Below, one piece after another: positions 8,778 to 20,538 of a DNA stretch of 64,000 nt (its first letter is position 1; the number at the start of each line of letters is the position of its first letter). Where the stretch lies: positions 64,001 through 128,000 of the forward strand of contig CAVVPN010000012.1 of the NCBI GenBank assembly GCA_963750165.1, given 5' to 3'. This stretch comes from an uncultured Gemmataceae bacterium (GTDB lineage Bacteria; Planctomycetota; Planctomycetia; Gemmatales; Gemmataceae). A program made the translations under genes and the position numbers. The notes beneath the pieces are model-generated. The model made no database searches. It had not been told where the DNA came from and saw nothing but the letters and a program-made list of their open reading frames with translations.

Positions 8778-11593
8778 TCACATCACCGTCTGATCCAGGG
8801 TCTGGTTGCTGGTGGAGAAGTCGGTGTCGCCGCCGTAGGTGGCGCTGATAATGTGGTCGCCGGATGTCAGGGACGACGTGCTGACGGTGGCGACGCCGTT
8901 GATGTCCAGCGTGCCGCTGCCCAGCGGCGCGTTGTTGTTCGAGGTGTCCACGAAGGTCACCGTGCCCGTCGGCGTGCCGGCCCCCGGAGCCATCGACTGC
9001 ACCGTGGCCGTGAAGGTCACCAGGTCACCGGATGCCGATGGGTTCGCCGACGAGGCCAACGTCGTGATCGTCGCCGCCTGGTTGACCATCTGCGTCAGCG
9101 AGCCGTTGCTGCTATTGAAGTTGGTGTCGCCGCCATAGGTGGCGATGATGGCGTGGCTGCCAACGCTCAGGTCAGACGTGCTGATAGTGGCGATGCCATT
9201 GCTGTCCAACGTGCCGCTGCCCAGCGTCGTGTTGGTCGTGGTGTCCAGGAAGGTCACGGTGCCCGTCGGTGTGCCCGCGCCGGGCGCGGTCGGGGACACC
9301 GTCGCCGTCAAGGTCACCGACTGGCCGAACACCGACGGGTTGACCGACGAGGTCAGCGCCGTGGATGTCCCCGCTGTGTTGACCGTCTGCGTCAGCGAGC
9401 CGTTGCTGGTGGTGAAATTGCTGTCGCCGCCATAGGTGGCGGTGATGGCGTGGCTGCCGACTTTCAGGCTCAACGTGCTGAGCGTGGCGACGCCGCCGCT
9501 CAGCGTGCCGGAACCCAGCGATGTCGAGGTCGTGGTGTCCTCGAACGTCACGGTGCCCGTCGGCGTGCCCGCGCCGGGCGAAGTCGGGGTAACCGTCGCC
9601 GTGAAGGTCACCGACTGGCCGTTCACCGCCGGGTTGGCCGACGAGGTCACCGTCGTGGTCGTCCCCGCCTTGCCCACCGTCTGCGTCACCGAACCGTTGC
9701 TGGTGGCGAAGTTGGTGTCGCCGGCGTAGGTGGCCGTGATGGTGTGGGTCGCGATGCTCAGGCTGGAGACGTTGCTGAGGGTGGCGACACCCGTGCCGTT
9801 GAGCGTGGCGGAGCCCAGCGATGTCGAGGTCGTGGTGTCCTCGAACGTCACGGTGCCCGTCGGTGTGCCGCCACCCGGCGAGGTGGGCTGTACCGTGGCC
9901 GTGAGGGTGATCGGCTGGCCGAACACCGACGGGTTGACTGAGGAGATCACGGCCGTGGTCGTCGCCGCCTTGTTGACGGTCTGCGTCACCGTGCCATTGC
10001 TGGTGGCGAAGTTGGTGTCGCCGGCGTAGGTGGCCGTGATGGTGTGGGTAGCAGTGGTCAGGCTGCCGGTGCTCAGGGTGGCGACACCGCTGCTGTTCAG
10101 CGTGCCGGTGCCCAGCGTCGTGCTCGTCGTGCTGTCCGTGAAGGTCACGGTGCCCGTGGGTGTGCCGGCGCCGGGCGAAGTCGCCGTCACCGTCGCCGTG
10201 AAGGTCACCGACTGGCCGGACACCGACGGCGTGAGCGAGGAGGTCACGGCCGTGGTCGTCGCCGCCTTGTTGACCGTCTGCGTCACCGAGCCAGAACTGC
10301 CGCCGAAGTTGGTGTCGCCGTCGTAGGTAACCGAGATGCCGTGCATGCCGACGGCCAGGCTGGACGTGCTGAAGGTGGCAGTGCCGCTACTCAGCGTGCC
10401 GGTGCCCAGCGTCGTGCTGGTCGTGGTGTCCGTGAAGGTCACGTTGCCGCTCGGCGTGCCGGCGCCGGGCGCAACGGCTGCGACCGTGGCCGTGAAGGTC
10501 ACCGACTGGCCGAACACCGACGGATTGGTCGCTGAGGTCACCGTTGTGATCGAGCTGGCCTGGTTGATCGTCTGCGTGAGCGAGCCGGAGCCGGCGGCGA
10601 ACTTGGAGTCGCCGCTGTAGCTGACCGAGATGTCGTGCGTGCCGACGGTCAGGCTGGACGAACTCACGGTGGCGGTGCCGGTGCTGCCCAGTGTGCCGGT
10701 GCCCAGCGTCGAGCCGTTCGTGTTGTCTGTGAAGGTCACCGTGCCCGTCGGTGTGCCCAGCCCTGCGGACGTCCCCGCGACCGTGGCGGTGAAGGTCACC
10801 GATTCGCCGAACACCGCCGGGTTGTTCGACGAACTGACGGTGACCGTGGTTTGATTGAGGTGGCTGAAGAACTCGTCGGAACTCACCATGCCGACGATGA
10901 TGGTGTTGGTCGATACGCCCTGGGCCAGCAGGCCCAGGTAGGCGCTCAACCCGGACGGGTCGGGGCGCGGCCCAGGAACTGCTGGTAGTAGCTCGTCAGC
11001 AAATCCTGCTGAAATTCGAGACTCCCCACCACCCCGGCGGCCACCTTGGCCCGGGAAGCGCCGGCCGCCAGGGCCTGGCTGCCCACCGCCTGGCCGGTGG
11101 GGTCGATGGGCCGGCCCAGCAGGTTCTCGTACAGGGCGTTCAGGAAACCGGCGTCGGTGCCGCCGCCCTGGGTGCTGAAGAACTCATTGGAGGCCGCCAA
11201 ACTCACCAGCAGTTGCTCGTACGTCTCCCCCTTGACCAGAGCCGGCAGGTTCGCGTTCATCCCCGACGGGTCGGCCGGGCGGTGCAGCACCACTTGATAC
11301 GCCTGCTGGATCTGCTGCGCGTAAAACTCCAGCGACGGAGCCGTGATGATCCCGGTCACGACCGCGGCCCGACTTTCGCCCTCGTCCAGGGCCACTGTCC
11401 ACTCGGCCAGGCCCGTCGGGTCGGCCGGCCGGCCCAGCAGGTCCTGGTACACCTGTCCGACAAACGCCTGGTTGACCGTGCTTGGCAGGGTGCGATCTTC
11501 CAGCAATTCCAGACGGAGGCGCGTCCGGCCGCGCCGGCCCTGGGGGTCGGGTTTGCGGGGAGAACCGGACAGGGAATTCCTCGGGTGCAGCAT
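8778..11593 (-). CDS. Extracellular protein: planctomycete LEDR motif, DUF4214-like helical domain, about 7 Ig-like (Big_3-type) repeats; 1-bp frameshift near 10955
   Basis: RLRLELLEDRTLPS; Y..LLGR..DP.G repeats; about 99-aa repeats SS.NPSVFGQSVTFTATV...PTGTVTF...H.I.ATY.GD.NF. Confidence 0.85.
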
Positions 11594-12303
11594 TTTTCAG
11601 TCTCCCATGCGGGTGAAGAGGCCGGGCGGTCCTCAGGTGAAAGGGGGCGCTTCAACCAACGAGCGCCCGGGCACAGACGGCGACAACCGGGGGAGTAACT
11701 TCGCAGACATGCTGTCTGATCGTGGGCCGTCCGTGCCATCCCGGGGGCAACATGGTTGGCGGGGGCAGTGGGTTCGCCAGCAGGACAGGTCCGCGACGAG
11801 CCACCGACAGCGGCGAGTGCGAGTTCCGGTCGCTTCATCCGAGGACGGAAAACCGACCGCCCTGGGTCGTGTCCCGGTCAGCGGGCGGGGACACAACAGA
11901 TGGTATCGTCCATGAGGAACCAGGATCATTCATTGTTTCAAGGTGCGAAAAGGATTTTGCCCTGAGTCCAACGACAATGGTGGCACAACCTTACCCGCCT
12001 GACAACTTTACATGGCCCTGCATGAGGACCGGCGCCGCCGGCCCTGGGTTGGCAGTCGCCGGGGATACCGGCTGCGCGGTTGCCGGTGGGTTGAAGTGCT
12101 GGCGCTACTGGGTGACGCTCAGGGGCGCCTTCTTGTGGAGATGATAACATCCGGCCCTGCGGTTGTCCCGGCAATATTGATTAAAAATGGGTAAGCTGCA
12201 ACGGGTTTTCGGTCCAGTCGCTTGCCAGGGGAGGAGATGCCGGTTTTAGCGAATCAGCTGGTTGATGCACCGTTTCGTTCCGCCGCAGCACTCGGCTGAC
12301 TGC

Positions 12304-12343
12304 CTGGTTGTGGCCCGATCTCCGAAGACCGGGCCACAACCAG
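12304..12343. repeat. REP-like hairpin / possible terminator downstream of the WD40 gene
   Basis: ctggttgtggcccgatct-ccga-agaccgggccacaaccag. Confidence 0.7.
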
Positions 12344-12402
12344 CGATACGGCGGCAGGTTTCGGGCCGCGCCTTTGGAAACGGTGGGACATTCCCCCGGC
12401 GG

Positions 12403-14447
12403 CTACTTCGCGAGGAGCCGCGCCAGCAGGCCGGGGCGGTGAAACCGCTGTCGCGTCGCCTCGTCCTCGAGCCGCCGGAGGGTGCCCTCCTGCCGCCAGG
12501 CTAGCCGCTGCTGACCGCCCGGCGAACCATCGAAGAAGCCGTTGGGCGTGACCACCAACCAGTCCTTGCCACCGTCGAGGCTGAGCAGGGCGCACCGTTC
12601 CTTGCCGGTGGCGGCGTCCCAGAGCCGCACCGTGCCGTCCGCAGACGCGGTCCAGACGTGCTTGCTGTCGCCACTCAGTGTCGCACTTCGGACCATGTCG
12701 GTGTGCCCCTGAAAGGTCCGGAGCCGGCTGCCCGTCGCCGTCTCCCACAGGATCGCTGTCGTATCCCAGGACGCCGTCAGCAGCAGCTTGCCGTCGCCGC
12801 TCAGGCTCACGTGCGTCACGGATCGGTCGTGCCCCTTGAAGGTGTGCAGCAATTTGCCCGTGGCCGTCTCCCAGAGCAGCGCCGTGTTGTCCTGCGCCCC
12901 CGTGGCCAGCAGTTTGCCGTCGGTGCTCAGGCGCACGCTCATGATCTGACGGGTGTGGCCCTTGAAGGTCCGAAGCCGGTTGCCCGTGGTGGCCTCCCAC
13001 AGCATCGCCGTTTTGTCTGGGGAGCCCGTCGCCAGCAGTTTGCCGTCGCCGCTCAGGCTCGTACCCCAGATCCACTGGCTGTGACCCTGCACGGTCTGCA
13101 ATCGCTTGCCCGTGGCCGTCTCCCACAGGGCCGCCGTCTTGTCGAAGGACCCCGTGGCCAGGAATTTGCCGTCGGCACTCAGGCTCACGTCGTAAACGTA
13201 ACCGGCGTGTCCCCGGAAGGTCTGGAGCTGCTTGCCAGTGACCGCGTCCCACAGGATCGCCGTCCGGTCAAAGCAGCCCGTGGCCAGGCGGCGGCCGTCG
13301 CCGCTGAAACTCACGCTCCAGACGATGCCGGTGTGCCCGCGCAAGGTCCGGGCGCCTTGCCGGTGGCCGGCTCCCACAGGACGACCGTCCCGTCCTGCGC
13401 CCCGGTCGCCAACCAGCGTCCGTCACCACTCACGCCCACGCTCTGGATCGGTTCCACGTACCCCTGGAAGGTGTGGACCTTGTCGGCGGTGGCCGCGTCC
13501 CACAGGACCGCGGTCCGGTCCGACGCCCCGGTGATCACGTGCTTGCCGTCGGCACTGAGGCCCACGTGTCGGACCGCCAGGGTGTGGCCCCGAAAGGTCT
13601 GGAGTTTCCTGCCAGTGGCCGCGTCCCACAGGACCGCCGTTTTGTCCTGCGAGCCGGTGACCAGGCGTTTGCCGTCGCCGCTCAACCACACCGTCGTGAC
13701 CCCGCTTTTGTGGCCGTCGAAGGTCCGGACCAGTTTGCCGGTGGCCGTGTCCCACAGGCCCGCCGTGGTGTCCTTTTCAGACGCCGTCGCCAGGAGCTTG
13801 CCGTCACCGCTCAGGCTCACGCCCGTGATTCGGGCCGCGTGGCCCTGGATGACCCGGAGCTTTTTGCCGGTGGCTGTCTCCCACAAAACCACCGTTTTGT
13901 CGAGCGCTCCCGTGGCCAGGAGCTGGCCGTCACCACTCAGGCTCACGCTGGAGACAAAGTTCGTGTGGCCCTTGAAGGTCTGGAGCCGGTTGCCCGTGGC
14001 GGTCTCCCACAAGGTTGCCGTGTTGTCCCCCGCCCCCAGGGCCAGAAGTTTGCCGTCGCCGCTCAGGTGGACGCTGTTGATCCCGTTGAATTTCTCCCCC
14101 TCGAACACCCGAAGCTTGGTGCCGGTGGCCGTCTCCCAGAGGATCGCCTTGCCGTCAATGGACGCCGTGACCAGGTGCTTGCCGTCGCCGCTCAGACTCA
14201 CGCCCATGACCCAGTGACTGTGGCCCGAAAAGGTCCGGAGCTTTTTCCCTGCAGCCGCCTCCCACAGGATGGCTGTCCCGTCAACGGACCCCGTGGCCAG
14301 GAGCTTGCCGTCGCCGCTCAGGCTCACACCCGTGAGCGCGCTACTGTGGCCCGTCGGCAGAATCGGCTGGAGTTGCACCTGTGCGGCCGGGGCGAGACCT
14401 TGCCAGGCGACCAGCACCAGGAAGGACAAACAGGGGACGCAGCACAT
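12403..14447 (-). CDS. Secreted WD40-repeat protein (about 14 repeats), frameshift near 13355
   Basis: Highly regular GH...SVSLSGDGKLLATGS.D.TA.LWE..TG repeats in two consecutive frames; signal peptide. Confidence 0.85.
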
Positions 14448-14708
14448 AACAGGGTTCCTCGGAGTAGTTGGAGGCTCGTCGCGCCGGAAACGTGGTTGGC
14501 GACTTGCACCGATTGGTAACCGATTCTGCGCCGGCCCGCAACTATTTCGTGGAACAGGTTGCGCTGTCGTCAAGGGTGCCCAATCTCGACGTGTGAAAAA
14601 GTTGGCCCCCTTGGCAGTCTTGGCCCCCTTGCTGTGGCAACCCACGCCACCCGGCGCCACTGCGGGATCCCTGCACCGCCAGGCGCACCACGGCGAAGTC
14701 TGATTCGG

Positions 14709-15563
14709 TCATCTATTCCCGTCTTTCTTGAGTTCCGGCCGGTCCTTCAGCGGCGCTGAGCGGCGCTGGTCATAGCGGACGTAGCGGAACTTCGACTGGC
14801 GGTAGACCTCATCCACGAGCGCGAACAGGTCGGGGTCATACTTCTTGAGCTTTTCGCGGGTGTTGGCGCCGAACTGCGGCCGCATGCAGTCGAAGTAAGC
14901 CTGCGCGCCCTCGGCCCAGTATTCGCTGTGGTTGGTGGCCACATAGGTGCCCTTCCACAGTCCCTTTTCCATCGCCTTTTTGTAGGCCGCGCGCAGCCGC
15001 TTGTCGAACGTGGGATCGACCGACCGCAGGCCCTGCTGGTGGATGGCGTGGTTGAATTCGTGGATGAGGATGTTCTCCTGCTTGTAGCGGTCACCCTTGA
15101 GGTTGAGCAGGTTTTCCTCGCCGCAGGATGAGAGCTTGCCGCCCAGACCGCGGGCGCGCTTGTCCCAGTACGCCTTGTCCATGTGCCGCTGTTCCGGCAC
15201 GTCGGTGGTCATCTCGGTGGGCGCCATCACCATGAATCGGCAGCCGGTCTTGATCATGGCCTTGAGGATGTCCTCACGCTCGCCGAGGAGCTTGTCGATG
15301 AGGTGACGGGCTTCCAGCAGAGCCGCGTCGGACACCTTCGCCGAGCTGAGGATCGAGAAGCCCTTGTAATCGACGTGCTTCTTGTAGAAGGTGGTGTCGA
15401 GTTTGTATTTCTTGACCACCGCCTCGGGCACCGCGGTGACCCTGGGCTCGGCGGCTTTTTTGTCCGGTTGGGGCGGCGAAACCGCCGGCACGGCACCGGC
15501 CACCAGGAAAAGCAGGGAACCGGCCAGCGCCTTGCCGCGGATGTTGCTCAACGGTTGCGACAT
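14709..15563 (-). CDS. Secreted zinc-dependent metallopeptidase-like protein
   Basis: Signal peptide; RARGLGG, GEENLL, LIHEFNH (HEXXH) and EYWAEG motifs. Confidence 0.8.
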   Translation of the reverse strand: MSQPLSNIRGKALAGSLLFLVAGAVPAVSPPQPDKKAAEPRVTAVPEAVVKKYKLDTTFYKKHVDYKGFSILSSAKVSDAALLEARHLIDKLLGEREDILKAMIKTGCRFMVMAPTEMTTDVPEQRHMDKAYWDKRARGLGGKLSSCGEENLLNLKGDRYKQENILIHEFNHAIHQQGLRSVDPTFDKRLRAAYKKAMEKGLWKGTYVATNHSEYWAEGAQAYFDCMRPQFGANTREKLKKYDPDLFALVDEVYRQSKFRYVRYDQRRSAPLKDRPELKKDGNR

Positions 15564-15601
15564 GAAAGCACCTTTGGTAACGGTCGGTTCGAGTGCTGTC
15601 T

Positions 15602-15669
15602 TTGGTCGGAGCCCGAGCGCCAGCGCGGGGCAGCGCTTGGCCCCGCGCTGGCGCTCGAGCTCCGACTAA
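15602..15669. repeat. REP-like inverted repeat
   Basis: ttggtcggagcccgagcgccagcgcgggg ... ccccgcgctggcgctcgagctccgactaa. Confidence 0.85.
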
Positions 15670-15695
15670 CCACGAATGGTCAGGGCGATTCCATA

Positions 15696-17586
15696 TCAGC
15701 GCGCCGGCAGGCCCCACAGGCGGACGGTGTTGTCGTTGCCGCCCGACAGCGCCCGGCGGCCGTCCCATGAGAATGCCACCGCCAGTACGCTGCCCGTGTG
15801 GCCGTTGAAGCGCTGGATCTCCTTGCCGGTCGCCACGTCCCACAGGCGCACCGAGTTGTCACTGTGGCCGGTCAACACGCGGCGGCCATCGGGGGACACC
15901 GCCAGGGCCTTGGACAGGTCTGCGTTGGAGCCAATGAAACGCTTGATCTCCTTGCCGGTCTCGATCTCCCACATGCGCGGCACCGCGTCGCCGCAGGTGA
16001 ACACATAACGGCTGTCGGCCGAAAACGCCACGGAGTTCGTGTAGTCGGTCGGCCCGGTGATCTCACGCACCTTGTTGCCGGTCGCGAAATCGTGGATGAG
16101 CACGGTGCGGTCGGCGCTGCCCGAGGCGACATACTTCATGTCGGGCGAGAAGGCGACACCGTAGGCGTAGCCGCTGTGGCCGGCGTAACGGCGTACCTCC
16201 TGACCGGACCTCAGGTCCCACAGCCGCACGTTGTAGTCGTCGCAGCCGGTCAGCAGCCAGCGGCCGTCGCGCGACACGGCGACGCCGTTCACGTCCTTGG
16301 GATGGACGAACGTCTTCAACTCCTTGCCGGTCTCCAGTTCCCACAGCTTGACGGTGCCATCCCAGCTGGCCGACAACGGTTGGCCTGCCGGCGTGAAGGC
16401 ACAGCCCCAGACTTCCTTGGAGTGACCCTGGAAGCTGCGCACCTCCTTGCCGCTGGCCAGGTCCCACAGCCGCATGGTGGTGTCCACGCTGCCGGACAGG
16501 CCGTACTTGCCGTTGGGCGAGAAGGCGACGCACTTGACCTCGCGCGTGTGGCCGGTGAACTCCTTGAGCGGCCCGGGTTTGACCGGCGGCCCGATCACGA
16601 TCTCCGTCGAGTTGAGGCCGGCGATCTGTTGCAGCCGCTTCTCGGCCTTGGTGCGGTTGATGCCGGCCAGGTTGCCGATGGCTTGCTCGTACCAGTGGCC
16701 GGGCGCAACTTCATACCCGTGGCCACAGGCCCTTTTTCGTTGGCGGCCAGATACCACCAGCCGTCCGCGACCGCCAGCTGGCCCGCCCCGTCCTGCGGCT
16801 TGCCGAGGTCCTTCCTGGCCTGAGCCCGGAGGTTCGGGTCGGACCCGCGGGCCAGGTAGGGCAGGCCGCGGTTCCACTTGTGTTTGAGCAGCGCGAAGTA
16901 TTTGCCCAGTTCGAGGTTGGCCTCCGCGTCCTTGGGGTCCTGCTTGAGACGGTCGAGGAACGCCTGCATTTTGGCGAAGCCCTTCTCGAGGGCGCGACAT
17001 CCTCGACGCGCTTCTGGACGCTGAAGGCCAGAGACGAGGAGCCGGACTTCTTGACGGCCTTGAGGGCGACGGCGCCCAGGGCGTGGGCGGCGGGGTAGTT
17101 GTCCTGGTCGATGGCCTCGGCGAGCAGGGTCAGGCAGGTGTCCGTCAGGGAGCGGGCCGCCGCCTTGTCGGCGAGATGATGGGCGACGAGGTCGAGGATA
17201 ATGGCCTTGGTCTGAAGGACGGGCAGGTCGAATTCGCGCGTGGCCGCCTCGGTGGCCTGCAGGGTGAGCGCGGCATCGCCGGCCTGGGCGGCGAGTTCGG
17301 CGGCACGGCGGTACAGCAGGAAGCGGACGGCGGGGTTGTCGCGGAGTTCACGGCCTTCCTTGAGGAGCTGTTCAGCCAGCCGGGTGCGGGCGGCGGCGTC
17401 CTTCGCGGCGTCAAGGTCTTCCTGGAAGATTTCCCGGATGAGCTTGTCGGCGTTCTCCAGGGCGTCGGCGGCGGGAACGGGCAGGCGCTGGTTGCCATCC
17501 TGGGCGGAAGCGGCGGTCAACACAAACAGGGTGAACAACAACGCGAAGAGCCAGCGCCCCAGGCGCGCAGGGGAGAAGTATTGCAT
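15696..17586 (-). CDS. Exported protein with helical N-terminal region and C-terminal WD40 propeller; frameshifts near 16990 and 16700
   Basis: Signal peptide; helical segments in three successive frames; about 7 WD40 repeats (GHT.EV..VAFSP.G...LSGS.D.T.RLWD). Confidence 0.8.
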
Positions 17587-17623
17587 GGAACCCTCGTCCA
17601 AAGGTGTCAACGCGAAACCACAG

Positions 17624-17696
17624 CAGGGCAGGAGGGACTTGAACCCCCGACCGGCGGATTAGAAATCCGCTGCTCTATCCCCTGAGCTACTGCCCC
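17624..17696 (-). tRNA. tRNA-Arg (anticodon TCT), no encoded CCA
   Basis: Cloverleaf: acceptor GGGGCAG/CTGCCCT, D-arm GCTC/GAGC, anticodon stem GCGGA-TT-TCT-AA-TCCGC, T-loop GGTTCAAGTCC. Confidence 0.97.
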
Positions 17697-17847
17697 AACA
17701 TATTCATTTACTGGAGTTTACTGAATTTCTTTTCTTCAGCCTACTTTGCTTTACACCCGATTCTACACCCGGTATACTTGGAATAGTGGCCGACCGTTGG
17801 CGCGGTCGGCCGTGAACACAGCAACGCGGTTTCAGGAGCCCGTTGCC

Positions 17848-19050
17848 ATGTCCGAGGACCATTCTACTCCCACCCCTACCGGCAGCAAACCAGAAAAGCC
17901 CTACGCTGAATTCCCGCTCTTTCCGCACGCGGCCGGCGTGTGGGCCAAAAAGATTCGCGGCAAGATGCACTACTTCGGGCCGTGGGCAGACCCCGACGCC
18001 GCCCTGGCGAAGTACCTGGAGCAGAAAGACTCCCTGCACGCCGGCCTCAAGCCGCGTCCCGATTCGAACGCGCTGGTGGTCAAGGCGCTGGTCAACGAGT
18101 TCCTCAACCACAAGACCGCACTGATGGACGCCGGCGAGTTGTCCCCCCGTACCTGGGAGGACTACAAGGTGGCGACGGATGAGGTGGTCAGTCAGTTCGG
18201 CAAGAACCGCGTGGTGGCGGACCTGGGGCCGGATGATTTCGCGGCGCTGCGAAACCGGATGACCCGGAAGTGGGGGCCGCATCGCCTGGGCAAAACCGTC
18301 CAGTGCGTCCGCAGCGTGTTCAAGTACGGTTTCGATTCCGGGTTGATGGACAAGCCCATGCGCTTCGGGCCGGGGTTCGCCAGGCCCAGCAAGAAGACGA
18401 TGCGCTTGGAACGAGCGAGACAGGGGCCGAAGTTGTTCACGGCCGAAGAGGTCCGGCGCCTGATCGGCGCCGCCGGCCAACCGCTCAAGGCCATGATCCT
18501 GCTGGGCATCAACGCCGCCCTCGACAACGGCGACTGTGGCACGCTGCCGTTGACGGCAGTGAATTTGGAAACAGGCTGGCTCGACTACCCAAGGCCGAAG
18601 ACAGGCGTTCCCCGCCGCTGTCCGCTCTGGCCTGAGACGGTGGCCGCGGTCAAAGAAGCGCTGGTCAGGCGCCCGACTCCGAAAGCCCCGGCCGACGCTG
18701 CACTCGCCTTTGTGACGAAGTACGGCGACGGCTGGGCCAAGGACACGAGCGACAACCCCGTCAGCAAGGAGATGCGCAAATTGCTCGACGCGCTCGGCAT
18801 CCACAACAAGAAGGGGTTGGGGTTCTACACCCTCCGCCACACCTTCCGCACCGTGGCCGACGAGGCGAAGGACCAGCCGGCGGCCGACTTCATCATGGGC
18901 CATGAGGTGGCTCACGTGAGCAGCGTCTACCGCGAGACGATCAGCGATGCGCGGCTGAAGGCCGTCACCGACCACGTTCGCGCCTGGCTGTTCCCGCCGG
19001 CCCAGATTGGTCCCGCCAAACCGCAACCGGGAGCCAGCGAGGAAGAGTAG
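17848..19050 (+). CDS. Tyrosine recombinase/integrase
   Basis: N-terminal arm-binding-like WAKKIRGKMHYFGPW; catalytic RPKTG...R, FYTLRHTFRT, IMGH and Y motifs. Confidence 0.92.
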   Translation: MSEDHSTPTPTGSKPEKPYAEFPLFPHAAGVWAKKIRGKMHYFGPWADPDAALAKYLEQKDSLHAGLKPRPDSNALVVKALVNEFLNHKTALMDAGELSPRTWEDYKVATDEVVSQFGKNRVVADLGPDDFAALRNRMTRKWGPHRLGKTVQCVRSVFKYGFDSGLMDKPMRFGPGFARPSKKTMRLERARQGPKLFTAEEVRRLIGAAGQPLKAMILLGINAALDNGDCGTLPLTAVNLETGWLDYPRPKTGVPRRCPLWPETVAAVKEALVRRPTPKAPADAALAFVTKYGDGWAKDTSDNPVSKEMRKLLDALGIHNKKGLGFYTLRHTFRTVADEAKDQPAADFIMGHEVAHVSSVYRETISDARLKAVTDHVRAWLFPPAQIGPAKPQPGASEEE

Positions 19051-19155
19051 AATGGAGCGGGACGCCGGGAGTCATGACCCGGTGGCTCTCCCCGCGGACG
19101 TGGCCCCTCTGGCGCGCACGCGGGGAGGGCGCTGCCCACGCCACCGGAGGGTTCT

Positions 19156-20223
19156 ATGCCGCGCCAACGCAAGCGAGACTCTTTCACTCCTGCCGTACCG
19201 ACTCGCCAAAACGAAAAGCCACCCGAGGCGGAAGGGGCAGACCTCCGCCGGTTGGTGTTTCTCTTGGAAAAAACCCGAAAGTGCTTGCGTGACGAGCCGG
19301 CCAAGGTCTTCCGACCAATCCCGGAGCATTTCACGTCCTTTAACCTGGTGGAAGTGAACCGGCTGGATGGCCGCACCGTGTTCGCCCATGAGCGCATCGA
19401 GAGCGACCTCCAGAACGGTGACCGCATTCTGGTCGTCCATCGCCCCGACCGCGAGGAGACGCTTCACTGGCTCCTGGCGAGAAATCAATACTGGATCTGG
19501 CAACCTGATCCGGACAAGCTGGTCCGGACGATATTGGCCGTCGAGGCGTGGCAATTGTGGGCCGGGCGGTTAGCGCTTGGACGCCTTCACGCCGGAGCCC
19601 AACCTGCATCTGTGGCAGACGGCCCGGAGGGGCTGGCCCGGTGGCTCGGCGTTGAGAAAGCCCGCCTGTCGAACGCCTGTGTCCGGGGCTCCAACTTCAG
19701 GCCATCCCCCAAGAACGTGGACTCAATGTTGGAGGCCCTCTCTCTCGACCACCTCTGCTTCTTGCTCGACGTTGAGGAAATGTGGGTGAGGCTGAAACTG
19801 ACAGGCCGCGGAGATGTTCCCCCCTTACCGAGCCGGATCGGGGATTGCCTGAGTACGCTGGATGCGTTGGAAGAGGCGGAGAAGTGGTTGGGCTCCCCCT
19901 CTGCACCACCCGGCACACCACCGCGAGGCGGCGAACAGCAGCCGCGGCTCTGTTTCGACGAGGACACCCACACCTTCACCCTGGACGGCGTTCCCTACCC
20001 GGTGGAGAAACCCAAGGCGTTCGCACTGTACCGGGCAATCGCTGAGAAGCGCGACGACTCCGGGTACATCAAGGACACTGCACTGCAGGCGCTCATCCCC
20101 GGCACCCGCGGGGAAAAAACCATCCCCAGACTGTTGAAAACACTTCCGCAAGAACTCCAGGCCACTCTGCTTGAGGACAACCAAGGACGCTTCGTCCGGC
20201 TCCCGCGAAATGTCGGCGCATGA
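19156..20223 (+). CDS. Hypothetical protein, possible C-terminal winged-helix domain
   Basis: GGAGG Shine-Dalgarno; 355-aa ORF; C-terminus LCFDEDTHTFTLDG...AFALYRAI resembles OmpR-like wHTH topology (weak). Confidence 0.6.
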   Translation: MPRQRKRDSFTPAVPTRQNEKPPEAEGADLRRLVFLLEKTRKCLRDEPAKVFRPIPEHFTSFNLVEVNRLDGRTVFAHERIESDLQNGDRILVVHRPDREETLHWLLARNQYWIWQPDPDKLVRTILAVEAWQLWAGRLALGRLHAGAQPASVADGPEGLARWLGVEKARLSNACVRGSNFRPSPKNVDSMLEALSLDHLCFLLDVEEMWVRLKLTGRGDVPPLPSRIGDCLSTLDALEEAEKWLGSPSAPPGTPPRGGEQQPRLCFDEDTHTFTLDGVPYPVEKPKAFALYRAIAEKRDDSGYIKDTALQALIPGTRGEKTIPRLLKTLPQELQATLLEDNQGRFVRLPRNVGA

Positions 20224-20313
20224 CCCCAGCATGACCGGGCGCGACCGATTTAAGGCCCAGCAGTTTCCGTGTCTAATGCCTCCAGATGACGAGCCGATGT
20301 CACAGAGGCAACC

Positions 20314-20538
20314 ATGGGAGCCACCGCATTCACAATCGAGCCCTGGGGGTGTATGACGACGGCAAGCTATACCTTGCCACCGGCGTCAACCCTCAAGCCC
20401 TAGCCCGCGCCAGGCGCGACGGCACCCTGCGGTTCGCGCAAAGGCAACCGCATCCTCTACCTTGGCGAGTGGGTAGTCGCCTGGCTCAAGTCCGGGGTCC
20501 ACCAAAGCGAACAACAGCCGGACGGGGGTGGCGCATGA
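20314..20538 (+). CDS. Small DNA-binding (Xis/HTH-like) protein with two apparent frameshifts
   Basis: Joining frames gives MGATAFTIEP/GVYDDGKLYLATGVNPQALARARRDGTLRFA/KGNRILYLGEWVVAWLKS. Its TGA overlaps the next ATG. Confidence 0.55.

Noticed and set aside
8839..10854. Series of similar 95-99-aa plus-strand ORFs that look like a tandem gene array
   Set aside because: Reverse-frame echo of the Ig-repeat protein; the stops correspond to conserved Tyr codons.
11594..12300. Long intergenic region as a possible riboswitch or ncRNA
   Set aside because: No recognisable riboswitch consensus; an Rfam/Infernal search would be needed.
12403..14400. 126-bp periodic repeats as a possible CRISPR or DGR array
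   Set aside because: They are coding WD40 repeats (42 aa) with synonymous variation; no cas or reverse transcriptase gene is present.
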